Part shown: positions 36,659 to 36,849 of the stretch, in pieces
How the letters are laid out: each line of letters starts with the position of its first letter
How positions within the stretch are numbered: position 1 is the stretch's first letter
Virus record (IMG/VR): IMGVR_UViG_3300028912_000018
Source of the DNA: a virus
Taxonomy: Duplodnaviria; Heunggongvirae; Uroviricota; Caudoviricetes
Direction: 5' to 3' (one strand)
Length of the DNA: 36,849 bases
Position numbers and translations under genes: made by a program
The notes under the pieces: model-generated
Told to the model about the DNA's origin: nothing
What the model saw: the letters and a program-made list of their open reading frames with translations, nothing else
Databases searched by the model: none

Positions 36659-36849
36659 ACAGGGCATCACCAGCAGATTTAAGAAAATGCCTTGAAACTG
36701 CAAACATGCTTGCACACAGCGGGATCAGGTTTGTTCCAATTCCCGCTGTCACTGATGCTGAATTTGCAACACTGTCAGCAATATTCGAAAACAAAATTGA
36801 ATCACTGGCAGCAGAAGCAGAGATGGAAGAAAATCAGCAGAACTATTAA
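36655..36849 (+). CDS. small hypothetical protein; stop codon is the last 3 nt of the window
   Basis: 64 aa from ATG 36655 (ATGA overlap with methyltransferase stop). Confidence 0.4.
   Translation: MNRASPADLRKCLETANMLAHSGIRFVPIPAVTDAEFATLSAIFENKIESLAAEAEMEENQQNY

Overview
The window is a near-complete temperate phage/prophage genome, circularly permuted so that it opens inside the integrase gene and ends in the early-left (recombination) region. Everything here is read by eye from the sequence and ORF track; no BLAST, HMM or folding was run, so family names are motif-level recognitions and start codons are provisional. Layout: int C-terminus (1-438, +), putative attP region, a neuO-like phase-variable O-acetyltransferase carrying 12 tandem AAGACTC heptanucleotides in its 5' coding region (678-1412, -), an endosialidase-type tailspike (1566-4688, -), an immI-like accessory block on + (a LexA-boxed small antirepressor paralog, ant, and small moron genes, 4.7-7.1 kb), a long minus-strand virion operon (7.1-27 kb: internal core proteins including an SLT-domain protein, tail tube, coat, scaffold, portal, terL, terS) interrupted by a plus-strand tRNA-Arg(UCU) cassette at 23.8-24.9 kb, a nin-like early-right block, lambda P and O-like replication genes with in-gene iterons, divergent cro-like and tandem-HTH repressor genes, then exo/recT, an AlpA-like gene, a PerC-like gene and an MT-A70 adenine methyltransferase. 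The most notable non-coding signal is a 17-bp palindrome (ATTACC-N5-GGTAAT) at 14 or more promoter-proximal sites across the genome, including a three-site OR between repressor and cro. The neuO/endosialidase pairing is a known E. coli K1 system; what looks less described is its placement on a T7/epsilon15-like structural backbone, the dispersed operator regulon, a structured RNA upstream of ant, and a 12-bp palindrome (GTGACATGTCAC) present three times. No holin, endolysin or Q-like gene was recognisable in the window.
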